In this document: one piece after another, positions 8,740 through 16,051 of the stretch
Layout of the letters: the number at the start of each line of letters is the position of its first letter
How positions within the stretch are numbered: position 1 is the stretch's first letter
From: Bacteriovoracaceae bacterium
GTDB lineage: Bacteria; Bdellovibrionota; Bacteriovoracia; Bacteriovoracales; Bacteriovoracaceae
Length of the DNA: 19,547 nucleotides
Assembly: GCA_041586955.1 (NCBI GenBank)
Contig: JBFGZE010000066.1
Coordinates: forward strand, 1 to 19,547
Direction: 5' to 3'
Translations under genes and position numbers: made by a program
The notes under the pieces: generated by a model
The model's input: the letters and a program-made list of their open reading frames with translations, nothing else
The model's database searches: none
What the model was told of the DNA's origin: nothing

Positions 8740-9606
8740 CTAAATCTGCTTTTTAAGAAGTTGATATCCTAATCCTTTATAATTATTTTTAATGATTCCC
8801 CAAACGGATGTTTGAAGTTCCTCCAATTCCCCAAGAACGATAATATCTTTGTTTAAACACAATCTGTTCTTGGCCACTTCTGGGACAATGGTAAAGGCCA
8901 GCCCTTTTTCCGTTACAACTTCAAACAAATCCATATCGTCAGCTTCTCCGATCACTCTTGGTGCTAGTCCATTCTTAGTAAAAAATAAATCAATTTCATA
9001 CTTCAGAAAGGACTGATTAGTATAATTAAAAAAAGGTATCAAATTTAAACTTTCAGGAAAGCCTTTTTTATGTTTTTTAAATTTTTTATGAGCTACTGCA
9101 AATGTCTTATTAACCCCAACCCTATATGAGTTCATTGTGCTAGAGATTGCATCTTTATTATCTGTAAAAACCATATCAACATTACCTTCCTCAAGATCTG
9201 CTAACAAAAGGTGCCTTTCATTTTCCTTGATATTGATTGATACCTCATCTTGATTGAATAATGGTAAGATAGTGTCATACAAAAAATAGTGAGACATAAA
9301 ATGAGTAATACCTATGTCTAGGCTCCTCTTTGGGAGCTCTATTTTATTACGTAATCGAAAGGTTATTTCGTTTGATAAATCAAATATCTTTTCGGCATAT
9401 TTGAGGGCCAAGTTCCCTTCTTTAGTAGGATAGAGGCTTCTATTTTTCCGCTCGAACAACTTACTATCAAAAAATTCCTCTAAAAGCTTAATCTGATCAC
9501 TGATCGTTGGCTGAGAAACATGAAGTTTTTCGGCAGAAGCTTTGATTGAACCTTCTTTAGATACGACATAAAAATAAAATAAATGGTTGAAATTTAAACG
9601 TTCCAA
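8740..9606 (-). CDS. LysR-family transcriptional regulator, NhaR-like subgroup
   Basis: N-terminal HTH LNFNHLFYFYVVSKEGSIKASAEKLHVSQPTISDQIKLLEE; TTG start with GGAG SD; 288 aa. Confidence 0.93.
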   Translation of the reverse strand: MERLNFNHLFYFYVVSKEGSIKASAEKLHVSQPTISDQIKLLEEFFDSKLFERKNRSLYPTKEGNLALKYAEKIFDLSNEITFRLRNKIELPKRSLDIGITHFMSHYFLYDTILPLFNQDEVSINIKENERHLLLADLEEGNVDMVFTDNKDAISSTMNSYRVGVNKTFAVAHKKFKKHKKGFPESLNLIPFFNYTNQSFLKYEIDLFFTKNGLAPRVIGEADDMDLFEVVTEKGLAFTIVPEVAKNRLCLNKDIIVLGELEELQTSVWGIIKNNYKGLGYQLLKKQI

Positions 9607-9627
9607 GTAAAGTACTCCAATATTTCG

Positions 9628-9694
9628 ATTAGTTTAAACCTAATTATAACTAAAAATAAAACGATTTTACCTAATTTGCAATCCCGTCGATACT
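9628..9694. promoter_or_regulatory. Putative LysR operator and divergent promoter
   Basis: Dyad ATTAG-N7-CTAAT (9628-9644) contains T-N11-A; ACCTAATT is repeated 31 bp later (9638-9645, 9669-9676); candidate -35 TTTACC (9666-9671) and -10 GATACT (9689-9694) 17 bp apart. Confidence 0.55.
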
Positions 9695-9737
9695 TTATTT
9701 GAAGGAAAATAACATTTTTGCCAAAAAGGAGAACTTA

Positions 9738-9986
9738 ATGCCAAAGGCCGTAATTTTAGCACTCTGTTTGCTAATCTCTTCAGCATCATTTGCGGGGACA
9801 AGATCCAAGTGCAAAAAAAAATACACTAAGGTTTCTTGTGCGGAAGTAGAAGGTGCAAAAAGACAGCAATTTTGTTGGAAGGGAAAACTTGCTGACGAGA
9901 AAAAAGAAAAGATTTGTAAAACTAAGAAGAAGAAAAGAAAAGCTAAAAAAATAACCAAAAAAATAACAACAAAAGGATCGTTATGA
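9738..9986 (+). CDS. Small exported Lys-rich protein with four Cys in the mature part (hypothetical)
   Basis: SD AAGGAG just before ATG 9738 (preferred to 9699); signal peptide ending SFA; predicted 63-aa mature region with 22 Lys and 3 Arg. Confidence 0.72.
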   Translation: MPKAVILALCLLISSASFAGTRSKCKKKYTKVSCAEVEGAKRQQFCWKGKLADEKKEKICKTKKKKRKAKKITKKITTKGSL

Positions 9987-10267
9987 GACAATTACCCTCC
10001 GGAAGGAACTCCAATATGGACAAAGAGACTAAAAGCAAAATGATGATTGTGTTTGCGATTGCGGCCTTTTTAATGTTGCTGACATTTCAAGGCAAGGCTG
10101 AAGAAGTGAGCACAATGGAGCCAGCTTCAATTGAAGAAACTACCGCAGCGACAACTCCTGTCTCTACAGATTCAAGTGAAGAAATAATTGAAGAAGAAGA
10201 TTCTTCCTCAGTATATTACCCCAGTGCTGAAGACTCTACTGGTGAGGTTAATTCTTTTGATGAGTAG
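9983..10267 (+). CDS. Small exported Glu/Asp/Ser/Thr-rich protein (hypothetical)
   Basis: ATGA overlap with the upstream stop (alternative start ATG 10016 with GGAAGGA); hydrophobic signal ending GKA; 55-aa acidic tail without Lys/Arg; terminator immediately downstream. Confidence 0.72.
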   Translation: MRQLPSGRNSNMDKETKSKMMIVFAIAAFLMLLTFQGKAEEVSTMEPASIEETTAATTPVSTDSSEEIIEEEDSSSVYYPSAEDSTGEVNSFDE

Positions 10268-10271
10268 CTTC

Positions 10272-10302
10272 TAAAGGAGGCCGACAAGGCCTCCTTTATT
10301 TT
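10272..10302 (+). terminator. Intrinsic terminator
   Basis: Perfect 11-bp stem TAAAGGAGGCC-gacaa-GGCCTCCTTTA followed by TTTT. Confidence 0.85.
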
Positions 10303-10317
10303 GTATAAGGGTTATGT

Positions 10318-10800
10318 ATGCTTTTGGTTGACACTTACATCGGCACTTCTGAGATTCATGGAGTGGGGCTATTTGCAGCTGAAAATATTAAAAAAGGAAC
10401 TCCCGTTTGGGAGTTTAACGGAAATACGTCTCAAGTTTTTTGGAAAAAGCAATTTTTAGCAAAATGTAGTAGTATGTCCTTACCTGCTATTCTAGAGCTT
10501 TTAAATCATTCCTATATCAAAGACGGTAATATATATTCCCCTAGTGATAGATCAAAGTTTATAAATCATTCACTTGATCCAAATATTGCTTTCCAGTCCT
10601 TGAAGCGTGAAATAGCAATTAAAGACATTGGTAAGGGTGAAGAGCTGACGGAAAATTATTCTCTGTCCTATGATAAAAATGATTTTTTCTTTTGGAATAT
10701 TAATCAGTTTAGTCATTCAAAAGAAGAATTAATGGCCTTTCTAAGAGGTCAATTAATAAAAAAGGTACGTCCACGCCAAAACTTTCTCATAGGATCTTAG
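10318..10800 (+). CDS. SET-domain protein (putative protein-lysine methyltransferase)
   Basis: SEIHGVGLFA (GxG), KFINHSLDPN (NHS) and GEELTENY (ELxxD/NY) motifs. Confidence 0.9.
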   Translation: MLLVDTYIGTSEIHGVGLFAAENIKKGTPVWEFNGNTSQVFWKKQFLAKCSSMSLPAILELLNHSYIKDGNIYSPSDRSKFINHSLDPNIAFQSLKREIAIKDIGKGEELTENYSLSYDKNDFFFWNINQFSHSKEELMAFLRGQLIKKVRPRQNFLIGS

Positions 10801-10920
10801 CAGTATACTGATTGTAAAGATCTCAAAAAAAGAGCTTCTAAGCTTGTCGGGGTGACAATTTTAAATACTATATACAGATGATTGTTATGGTAAAGAATAA
10901 TTTGTTTAATTGATTCATCA

Positions 10921-11430
10921 TTATTGCTCTGCTAATTCTTTTAAGGCCTTATTCATCGAATTGAGCATCGGGGGGACACCTTGCTCCATATGATTGGAAA
11001 AAATGGGAGCGAGCAACCCTTTAAATAATTCTTTATGAATAAGGCGGGTTCCATTTGGAGCTGCCTCTAATTCTAATATTTTATCATTAGTGAAGAAAAA
11101 ACTATTTATCATATATGCGCGCCAGCGAAAAAGTGAAGGCCTGTCGAGTTGAGTGATGATGGGGGCGTATTGCGGACCATCTTTACCTTCTTCTTGACCT
11201 ATCATGGTAATATTGAGCGTCGCTCCTAAACTGACCGTCCCGCTCGATTTATTGATGATAGGGCTCCAGTCTTGCCATTTATTGACGTTGGTAAGGATAT
11301 TCCAAACTTTCTCTGGAGGAGCGGAGATTTCTATTTCCGTTGTGATGACTTGCGTCTTTCTTCCTTTGAGAAATAGGAAGGTGAGGCCTATGATAATGAT
11401 TGCTAAAAGAGAGAGAAAAACTTTTTTCAT
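10921..11430 (-). CDS. SRPBCC/START-like (polyketide cyclase/dehydrase) family protein with N-terminal anchor
   Basis: ITTEIEISAPPEKVWNILT...WQDWSP, GTRLIHKELFKGLL and MNKALKELAE motifs; hydrophobic N-terminus. Confidence 0.85.
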   Translation of the reverse strand: MKKVFLSLLAIIIIGLTFLFLKGRKTQVITTEIEISAPPEKVWNILTNVNKWQDWSPIINKSSGTVSLGATLNITMIGQEEGKDGPQYAPIITQLDRPSLFRWRAYMINSFFFTNDKILELEAAPNGTRLIHKELFKGLLAPIFSNHMEQGVPPMLNSMNKALKELAEQ

Positions 11431-11535
11431 AACTTCATATCCCTTGATTAAAGCTTGACCTAACTAGATGATACAATAAATGATTCAGGTTACAAGCTGA
11501 GTGTCTCCATTGAAGACTTCAAAGGTTTTAATGAG

Positions 11536-13734
11536 CTAATGCTTCTTATTTTGAGAAGAAAATGACCTCTTTGCCACCTGTAACTTTTGATAGCTATTAA
11601 TCAGTTTACGATGTTTTTCAAGGCCATCTAGCTTCATATTGGTCTTAGTCAAACCAAAGAATCTCACTTCCCCAGTAATGGAGCCGATGGCGTTCTTTAA
11701 GACCTCATCTCCAAACATTTTCGTCATATTGGGAATATAATCGTTAAGCTCAAGCTCTTCATCTAGCGTAATATCAAGGACAGTGTTGAGTGCCTGAAAA
11801 TAGCGTTTTCGTGTCGTCGAATTATCGTTAAAGGTCATAAACATTTCAGCAAATTCTTTGGCCTCTTCGAAGCGCTTAAGGGCGAGAAATACTAAGCATT
11901 TTAATTCCCCAATATTAAGTTGTCCCCAGACCGAATTTTCATCGAAGGCAACACCTATAAGCTCAGAAATCAAGGTATAATCATCAAGCTCGCTTTCTTC
12001 TAACTTCTCGACTAATTCTGTTAGAGTTTGATCGTTGAGAGAGTGGATATTGAGAATATCTGATCGAAAATGAAGTGCCTTGCTATGATTATCCCAGATA
12101 AGGTCCTCTGCAGGGTAAATCTCTGAATACCCTGGAACTAAAATTCGGCAGGCCTTAGCTCCTAATTCTTCATAATCTGCTATATAAACTTCTTTCCCCA
12201 TATCACTAAGAATTTTCATTAGGTAGTCATTTTCTTCTTGAGTTGTTCCTGAAAAATCCCACTCACAAAATTCATAATCCGCTTTTTGACTGAAAAACTT
12301 CCACGAAATAATACCCGTAGAATCGATAAAGTGATCAATAATATTATTAGGTTCACTGATCGCGAATTGATTAAATGTCGGCGGCGGGACATCATTTAGG
12401 CCTTCAAAGCTTCTGCCTTGCATCAGTTCAGTAAGACTTCGTTCAAGTGCGACTTCAAATTTCGGATGAGCACCAAAAGAAGCAAACACGCCCCCTGTTT
12501 TTGGATTCATCAAAGTGACACACATAACGGGAAATTGACCACCTAAAGAAGCATCTTTCACAAGAATTGGATACCCAACCGATTCGAGTTTATTGATTCC
12601 TTCTAAGATTTTTGGGTATTTTTCTAAAACTGACTGGGGAACATCGGGAAGAACTATCTCTTCAAGGATAATTTGATTTTTAACTGCCCGTTCAAAGATT
12701 TCAGAAAGGCATTGTACACGCGCCTCGTATTTTGTATTTCCCGCACTCATTCCGTTACTAACAAATAAATTTCCAATCAGATTGACGGGGACATAAACGG
12801 TTTTTTTATCTGAATAGCGCTGATAGGGAAGAGCACAAACCCCACGTTCAGCATTGCCCGAATTTGTATCTATTAAATGAGAGGCCTTGAGTTCATTATT
12901 TAAATTATAAACGTCGAGAAGCTTTTCATCCATTAATCCTTCGGGGAGAGAATCATTATGGCCTGGGGAAAACCATTTTTCTTCTGGGTAATGAACGAAA
13001 TCGCCGCGACTAATTTCTTCACCTAGGTAATAATCATTATAAAAATAATTATTACTGATACGTTCTAAGTATTCTCCTAGGGCCGAGCAAAGGGCCGCAT
13101 CTTTTGTCGCTCCCTTGCCATTGGTATAGCACATTGGTGAGTCTGCATCTCGAATATGGACTGACCATACATTCGGGACGATATTTCTCCACGAAGCTAT
13201 CTCAATAGTGATTCCGAGTGATTCAATAATGGAAGTCATATTCGCAATTGTTTCTTCGAGAGAGCAATCTTTTCCTAAGATCATAGTTTTGGAATCGCTC
13301 TTAGAAGACTGCTCGTAGATTAGTCCAGAATCTTTACCGAGAACATTTTTTATCTCTATTTTAAATTTTGGAGATTGTTGAATGGTTTTTTTTACGGTGC
13401 ATCGATCGATCGATCTAAGAATTCCCTCGCGGTCTTTCTCAGAAATACTTTCAGGTAACTCAACTTGAATATTAAATGTCTGATTATATCTATTCTCAGG
13501 ATCAATAATATTGTTCTGGGTTAATTTGATATCTTCTGTGGGAATATTGCGAGCAATGCAATAGACCTTCACAAAATAGGCGGCACAGAGGGCAGATGAG
13601 GCCAAGAAATAATCAAAAGGTCCCGGCGCTGTCCCATCGCCTTTATAGCGAATTGGCTGATCAGTGATTATGCTGAAGTCATCAAAAAGAGCTTCAAGTT
13701 TAAGATTTTCTAAAAAACGGACATTTATTTGCAT
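11536..13734 (-). CDS. OsmC domain / YcaO domain fusion protein
   Basis: OsmC-like N-terminus (TDQP, PGPFDYFLASSALC, DRCTVKK); YcaO ATP-binding motifs SALGEYLER, SNGMSAGN...EIFER and RSLTELMQGR. Start moved from 13839 to ATG 13734 (MQINVRFLENLK), the family-like N-terminus; 732 aa. Confidence 0.88.
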   Translation of the reverse strand: MQINVRFLENLKLEALFDDFSIITDQPIRYKGDGTAPGPFDYFLASSALCAAYFVKVYCIARNIPTEDIKLTQNNIIDPENRYNQTFNIQVELPESISEKDREGILRSIDRCTVKKTIQQSPKFKIEIKNVLGKDSGLIYEQSSKSDSKTMILGKDCSLEETIANMTSIIESLGITIEIASWRNIVPNVWSVHIRDADSPMCYTNGKGATKDAALCSALGEYLERISNNYFYNDYYLGEEISRGDFVHYPEEKWFSPGHNDSLPEGLMDEKLLDVYNLNNELKASHLIDTNSGNAERGVCALPYQRYSDKKTVYVPVNLIGNLFVSNGMSAGNTKYEARVQCLSEIFERAVKNQIILEEIVLPDVPQSVLEKYPKILEGINKLESVGYPILVKDASLGGQFPVMCVTLMNPKTGGVFASFGAHPKFEVALERSLTELMQGRSFEGLNDVPPPTFNQFAISEPNNIIDHFIDSTGIISWKFFSQKADYEFCEWDFSGTTQEENDYLMKILSDMGKEVYIADYEELGAKACRILVPGYSEIYPAEDLIWDNHSKALHFRSDILNIHSLNDQTLTELVEKLEESELDDYTLISELIGVAFDENSVWGQLNIGELKCLVFLALKRFEEAKEFAEMFMTFNDNSTTRKRYFQALNTVLDITLDEELELNDYIPNMTKMFGDEVLKNAIGSITGEVRFFGLTKTNMKLDGLEKHRKLINSYQKLQVAKRSFSSQNKKH

Positions 13735-14054
13735 AATTTGTAATAACACAATAGGGGAGATTTCCGAGCGTATTGGTTGATATAGGGTAAGAATTACTAG
13801 GAGAGATACTCCCAAAATACAAGGCCTTAGTGATCGCAAAAAGGATGGTGGTATTGGTACATATTCTTATCGTGCTGACTCGACGCATTTTATTGTAGTG
13901 TTAGGGAGTGAAATGGCGACCAACTTTTTGATTGTTTATTACTGCATATAGATCAGCGTTGAAAGTACCTGGCCCAAGTTTAATCGAGTTAGATATTGTT
14001 CGGGCCCTTGGCCGATATTCAGTGACTTAGATAAGTATGAGAGGATGGTGGGAT

Positions 14055-14807
14055 ATGCGAAAAATAATACCAATAACATGGTTTTTATGGGTCTTTTTGC
14101 ATGGCGTTGCGCTTGGAAGCGCCAATCAAATATCGATTAAGGAGGTTCTTGATAAGGCGGATAAACAATACCGTTTTCAAACAAGTTATGCCGAACTCGA
14201 AATGAAGATTAAAACCCAGTATTGGGAAAGAACGATGCGTCTTAATATGTGGACAAAAGGAATGAAAAAAACCTTAATTGTGATCAAAGCACCGAAAAAA
14301 GACTCAGGCATTACTACTCTACGTATCGATAAGTCTATGTGGAATTATTTCCCTAAAATCAATAAGGTCATCAAGGTGCCACCGTCGATGATGATGGGGT
14401 CATGGATGGGAACTGACTTTACCAACGATGATCTCGTTAAGGAATCAACTTTTGTAAATGATTTTAATGCTAAATTTATACCAGGTCAGCTAGAGGATTT
14501 TTATTATATAGAGCTTAGGCCAAAAGAAACAACGATTTCTGTTTGGGATAAGGTTCGCCTAGTTATTAATAAAAAGAGTTTGATTTTGAAAAAACAGGAG
14601 AGTTTTAATGAAAGAGGAGAGAAAGTAAGAACAATCACATTTTCAAATATAAGGGATCTCGGTGGCAAAATAATTCCTACGACGATTATCGTAACTTCAC
14701 ATAAGAAAAAAGGGAACCAAACCATAATTAATTATATTGATGCAAAATTTAACCAACCGATGAAAGACACAATATTTACCTACAGGCAATTACAAAAGCG
14801 ACGTTAA
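14055..14807 (+). CDS. LolA-like 'outer membrane lipoprotein-sorting' family periplasmic protein
   Basis: Signal peptide; MWNYFPKINKVIKVPPSMMMGSWMGTDFTNDDL motif; start 14055 preferred (purine-rich GAGGATGGTGGG upstream), 14037 possible. Confidence 0.85.
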   Translation: MRKIIPITWFLWVFLHGVALGSANQISIKEVLDKADKQYRFQTSYAELEMKIKTQYWERTMRLNMWTKGMKKTLIVIKAPKKDSGITTLRIDKSMWNYFPKINKVIKVPPSMMMGSWMGTDFTNDDLVKESTFVNDFNAKFIPGQLEDFYYIELRPKETTISVWDKVRLVINKKSLILKKQESFNERGEKVRTITFSNIRDLGGKIIPTTIIVTSHKKKGNQTIINYIDAKFNQPMKDTIFTYRQLQKRR

Positions 14808-14822
14808 TTAAAGAGAAACGGA

Positions 14823-16040
14823 ATGATTTATAAAATGGCCCTTCGGAATTTATTGAGGCAAAAGCGCCGTAGTATTTTGACAGCGCTAGGTATGATCTTT
14901 GGCATGGTCATCGTGTCTTTTTCCATTTCTTTAACCGATGGCTCATATAGTGTTATTATCGATAAATTCACGAAAAACCAGTCAGGCCATATTCAAATTC
15001 ATAGTGAGGGATATCTCGATAATCCGTCGTTATATAAGAGTATAAAAAACCCTTCTGAAATATCAAAAATCCTATCGAAAGAAAAAGAAATTAAAGCTTT
15101 TACAACGAGAGTTTTCGTTGGAGGACTTGGGTTTTTTAATAAAAAATCAACAGGCTTATTGATTCACGGGATAGACCCTCAAAAAGAAAATGAAGTGACC
15201 AAGGTCAATAGCAAATTAATGAATCAGGTAAAATTCTATTCTAAAGATGAAAGAAGCGTTATTTTAACGAAGCACCTTTCTGATGTCTTGAACATAACAA
15301 AGGGTGATCAGTTAGTGATTATTTCTCAGGGGGCAGACGGATCAATTGCTAATGATATGTATACTGTTATTGGTTTTGTTGATTCGAAAAAAAATGCACT
15401 TAATCCCAATCTCGTTTATATGCCAATAAAAACTCTGCAGGAATTTTTAAGTATGGGGAATAGAGTTCATGAATTTGCTATTCTTTTAAATAATATCAAA
15501 AAAAGTGCCAAAATAAGTACTAAACTCTCTTCTTCTTTTGACCAATCCATGAAAGTTGAGGTCGCTTCTTGGCAGGTCGTATTAAAAGATTTCTATAGGG
15601 CCATGGAACTTGATAAAAAAGGGAATAACATTACTTTGATGGTTCTTATTCTTGTCGTGGCCATTGGGATATTGAATACTGTTCTTATGAGTGTCCTCGA
15701 AAGAACCCGTGAGTTCGGTGTCTTGAAGGCGATTGGAACGACGCCACTTAATATATTTAAGCTGATTATAATAGAAAATACGATTCTTTCCTTTATCAGT
15801 TTGTTTATAGGGATTTTGATTTCCTTGGCGGTTGTATATTATTTTTCTATTCACGAAATTAAATTAACAAAATCCCTTCATTATGGAGGACTTGAGTTTT
15901 CAGGAATGAAGGCAACATTAAGTTTCAGTGGAATAATGATCCCTGCTATGGTGGTCTATTCTTCGACATTGCTTGTGAGCTTGTGGCCGGCATTTCGAGC
16001 GGCCTCGATCATTCCAATAAAGGCCATGAGCGATCATTAG
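14823..16040 (+). CDS. ABC transporter permease, FtsX/MacB (LolE-like) family
   Basis: ALRNLLRQKRRSILT N-terminus, large periplasmic loop, GILNTVLMSVLERTREFGVLKAIG motif, three C-terminal TMs. Confidence 0.92.
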   Translation: MIYKMALRNLLRQKRRSILTALGMIFGMVIVSFSISLTDGSYSVIIDKFTKNQSGHIQIHSEGYLDNPSLYKSIKNPSEISKILSKEKEIKAFTTRVFVGGLGFFNKKSTGLLIHGIDPQKENEVTKVNSKLMNQVKFYSKDERSVILTKHLSDVLNITKGDQLVIISQGADGSIANDMYTVIGFVDSKKNALNPNLVYMPIKTLQEFLSMGNRVHEFAILLNNIKKSAKISTKLSSSFDQSMKVEVASWQVVLKDFYRAMELDKKGNNITLMVLILVVAIGILNTVLMSVLERTREFGVLKAIGTTPLNIFKLIIIENTILSFISLFIGILISLAVVYYFSIHEIKLTKSLHYGGLEFSGMKATLSFSGIMIPAMVVYSSTLLVSLWPAFRAASIIPIKAMSDH

Positions 16041-16051
16041 GGGGGGATAAA

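Noticed and set aside
670..9606. Assigning the symbols gldA/gldF/gldG, astE, rimK or nhaR
   Set aside because: Only family-level resemblance; no gliding, arginine-catabolism or nhaA context in the window, and the ligase motif order differs from RimK
9813..9821. A9 run in the Lys-rich gene as a slippage site
   Set aside because: Expected from consecutive Lys codons in an AT-rich genome; the frame is intact
9695..9991. Hydrophobic 98-aa - strand ORF
   Set aside because: Its Phe/Leu richness mirrors the Lys (AAA/AAG) codons on the + strand, where the ORF has an SD, signal peptide and coupled partner
10801..10810. Perfect palindrome CAGTATACTG
   Set aside because: Lies between convergent gene ends, has no loop or U-tract, and does not match a LexA box; likely chance
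13735..13839. 35-aa hydrophobic N-terminal extension of OsmC-YcaO in the ORF track
   Set aside because: The family-like sequence starts at MQINVRF and an ATP-dependent YcaO is expected to be cytoplasmic; probably incidental open frame
14011..14018. GCCGATAT, a sigma-28-like -10 element upstream of the Lol-like operon
   Set aside because: No TAAA-type -35 at the expected spacing; a single box is insufficient
16040..16046. G7 run between the two permeases as a phase-variation tract
   Set aside because: Short, essentially intergenic and explained as the SD; slippage would not shift a reading frame
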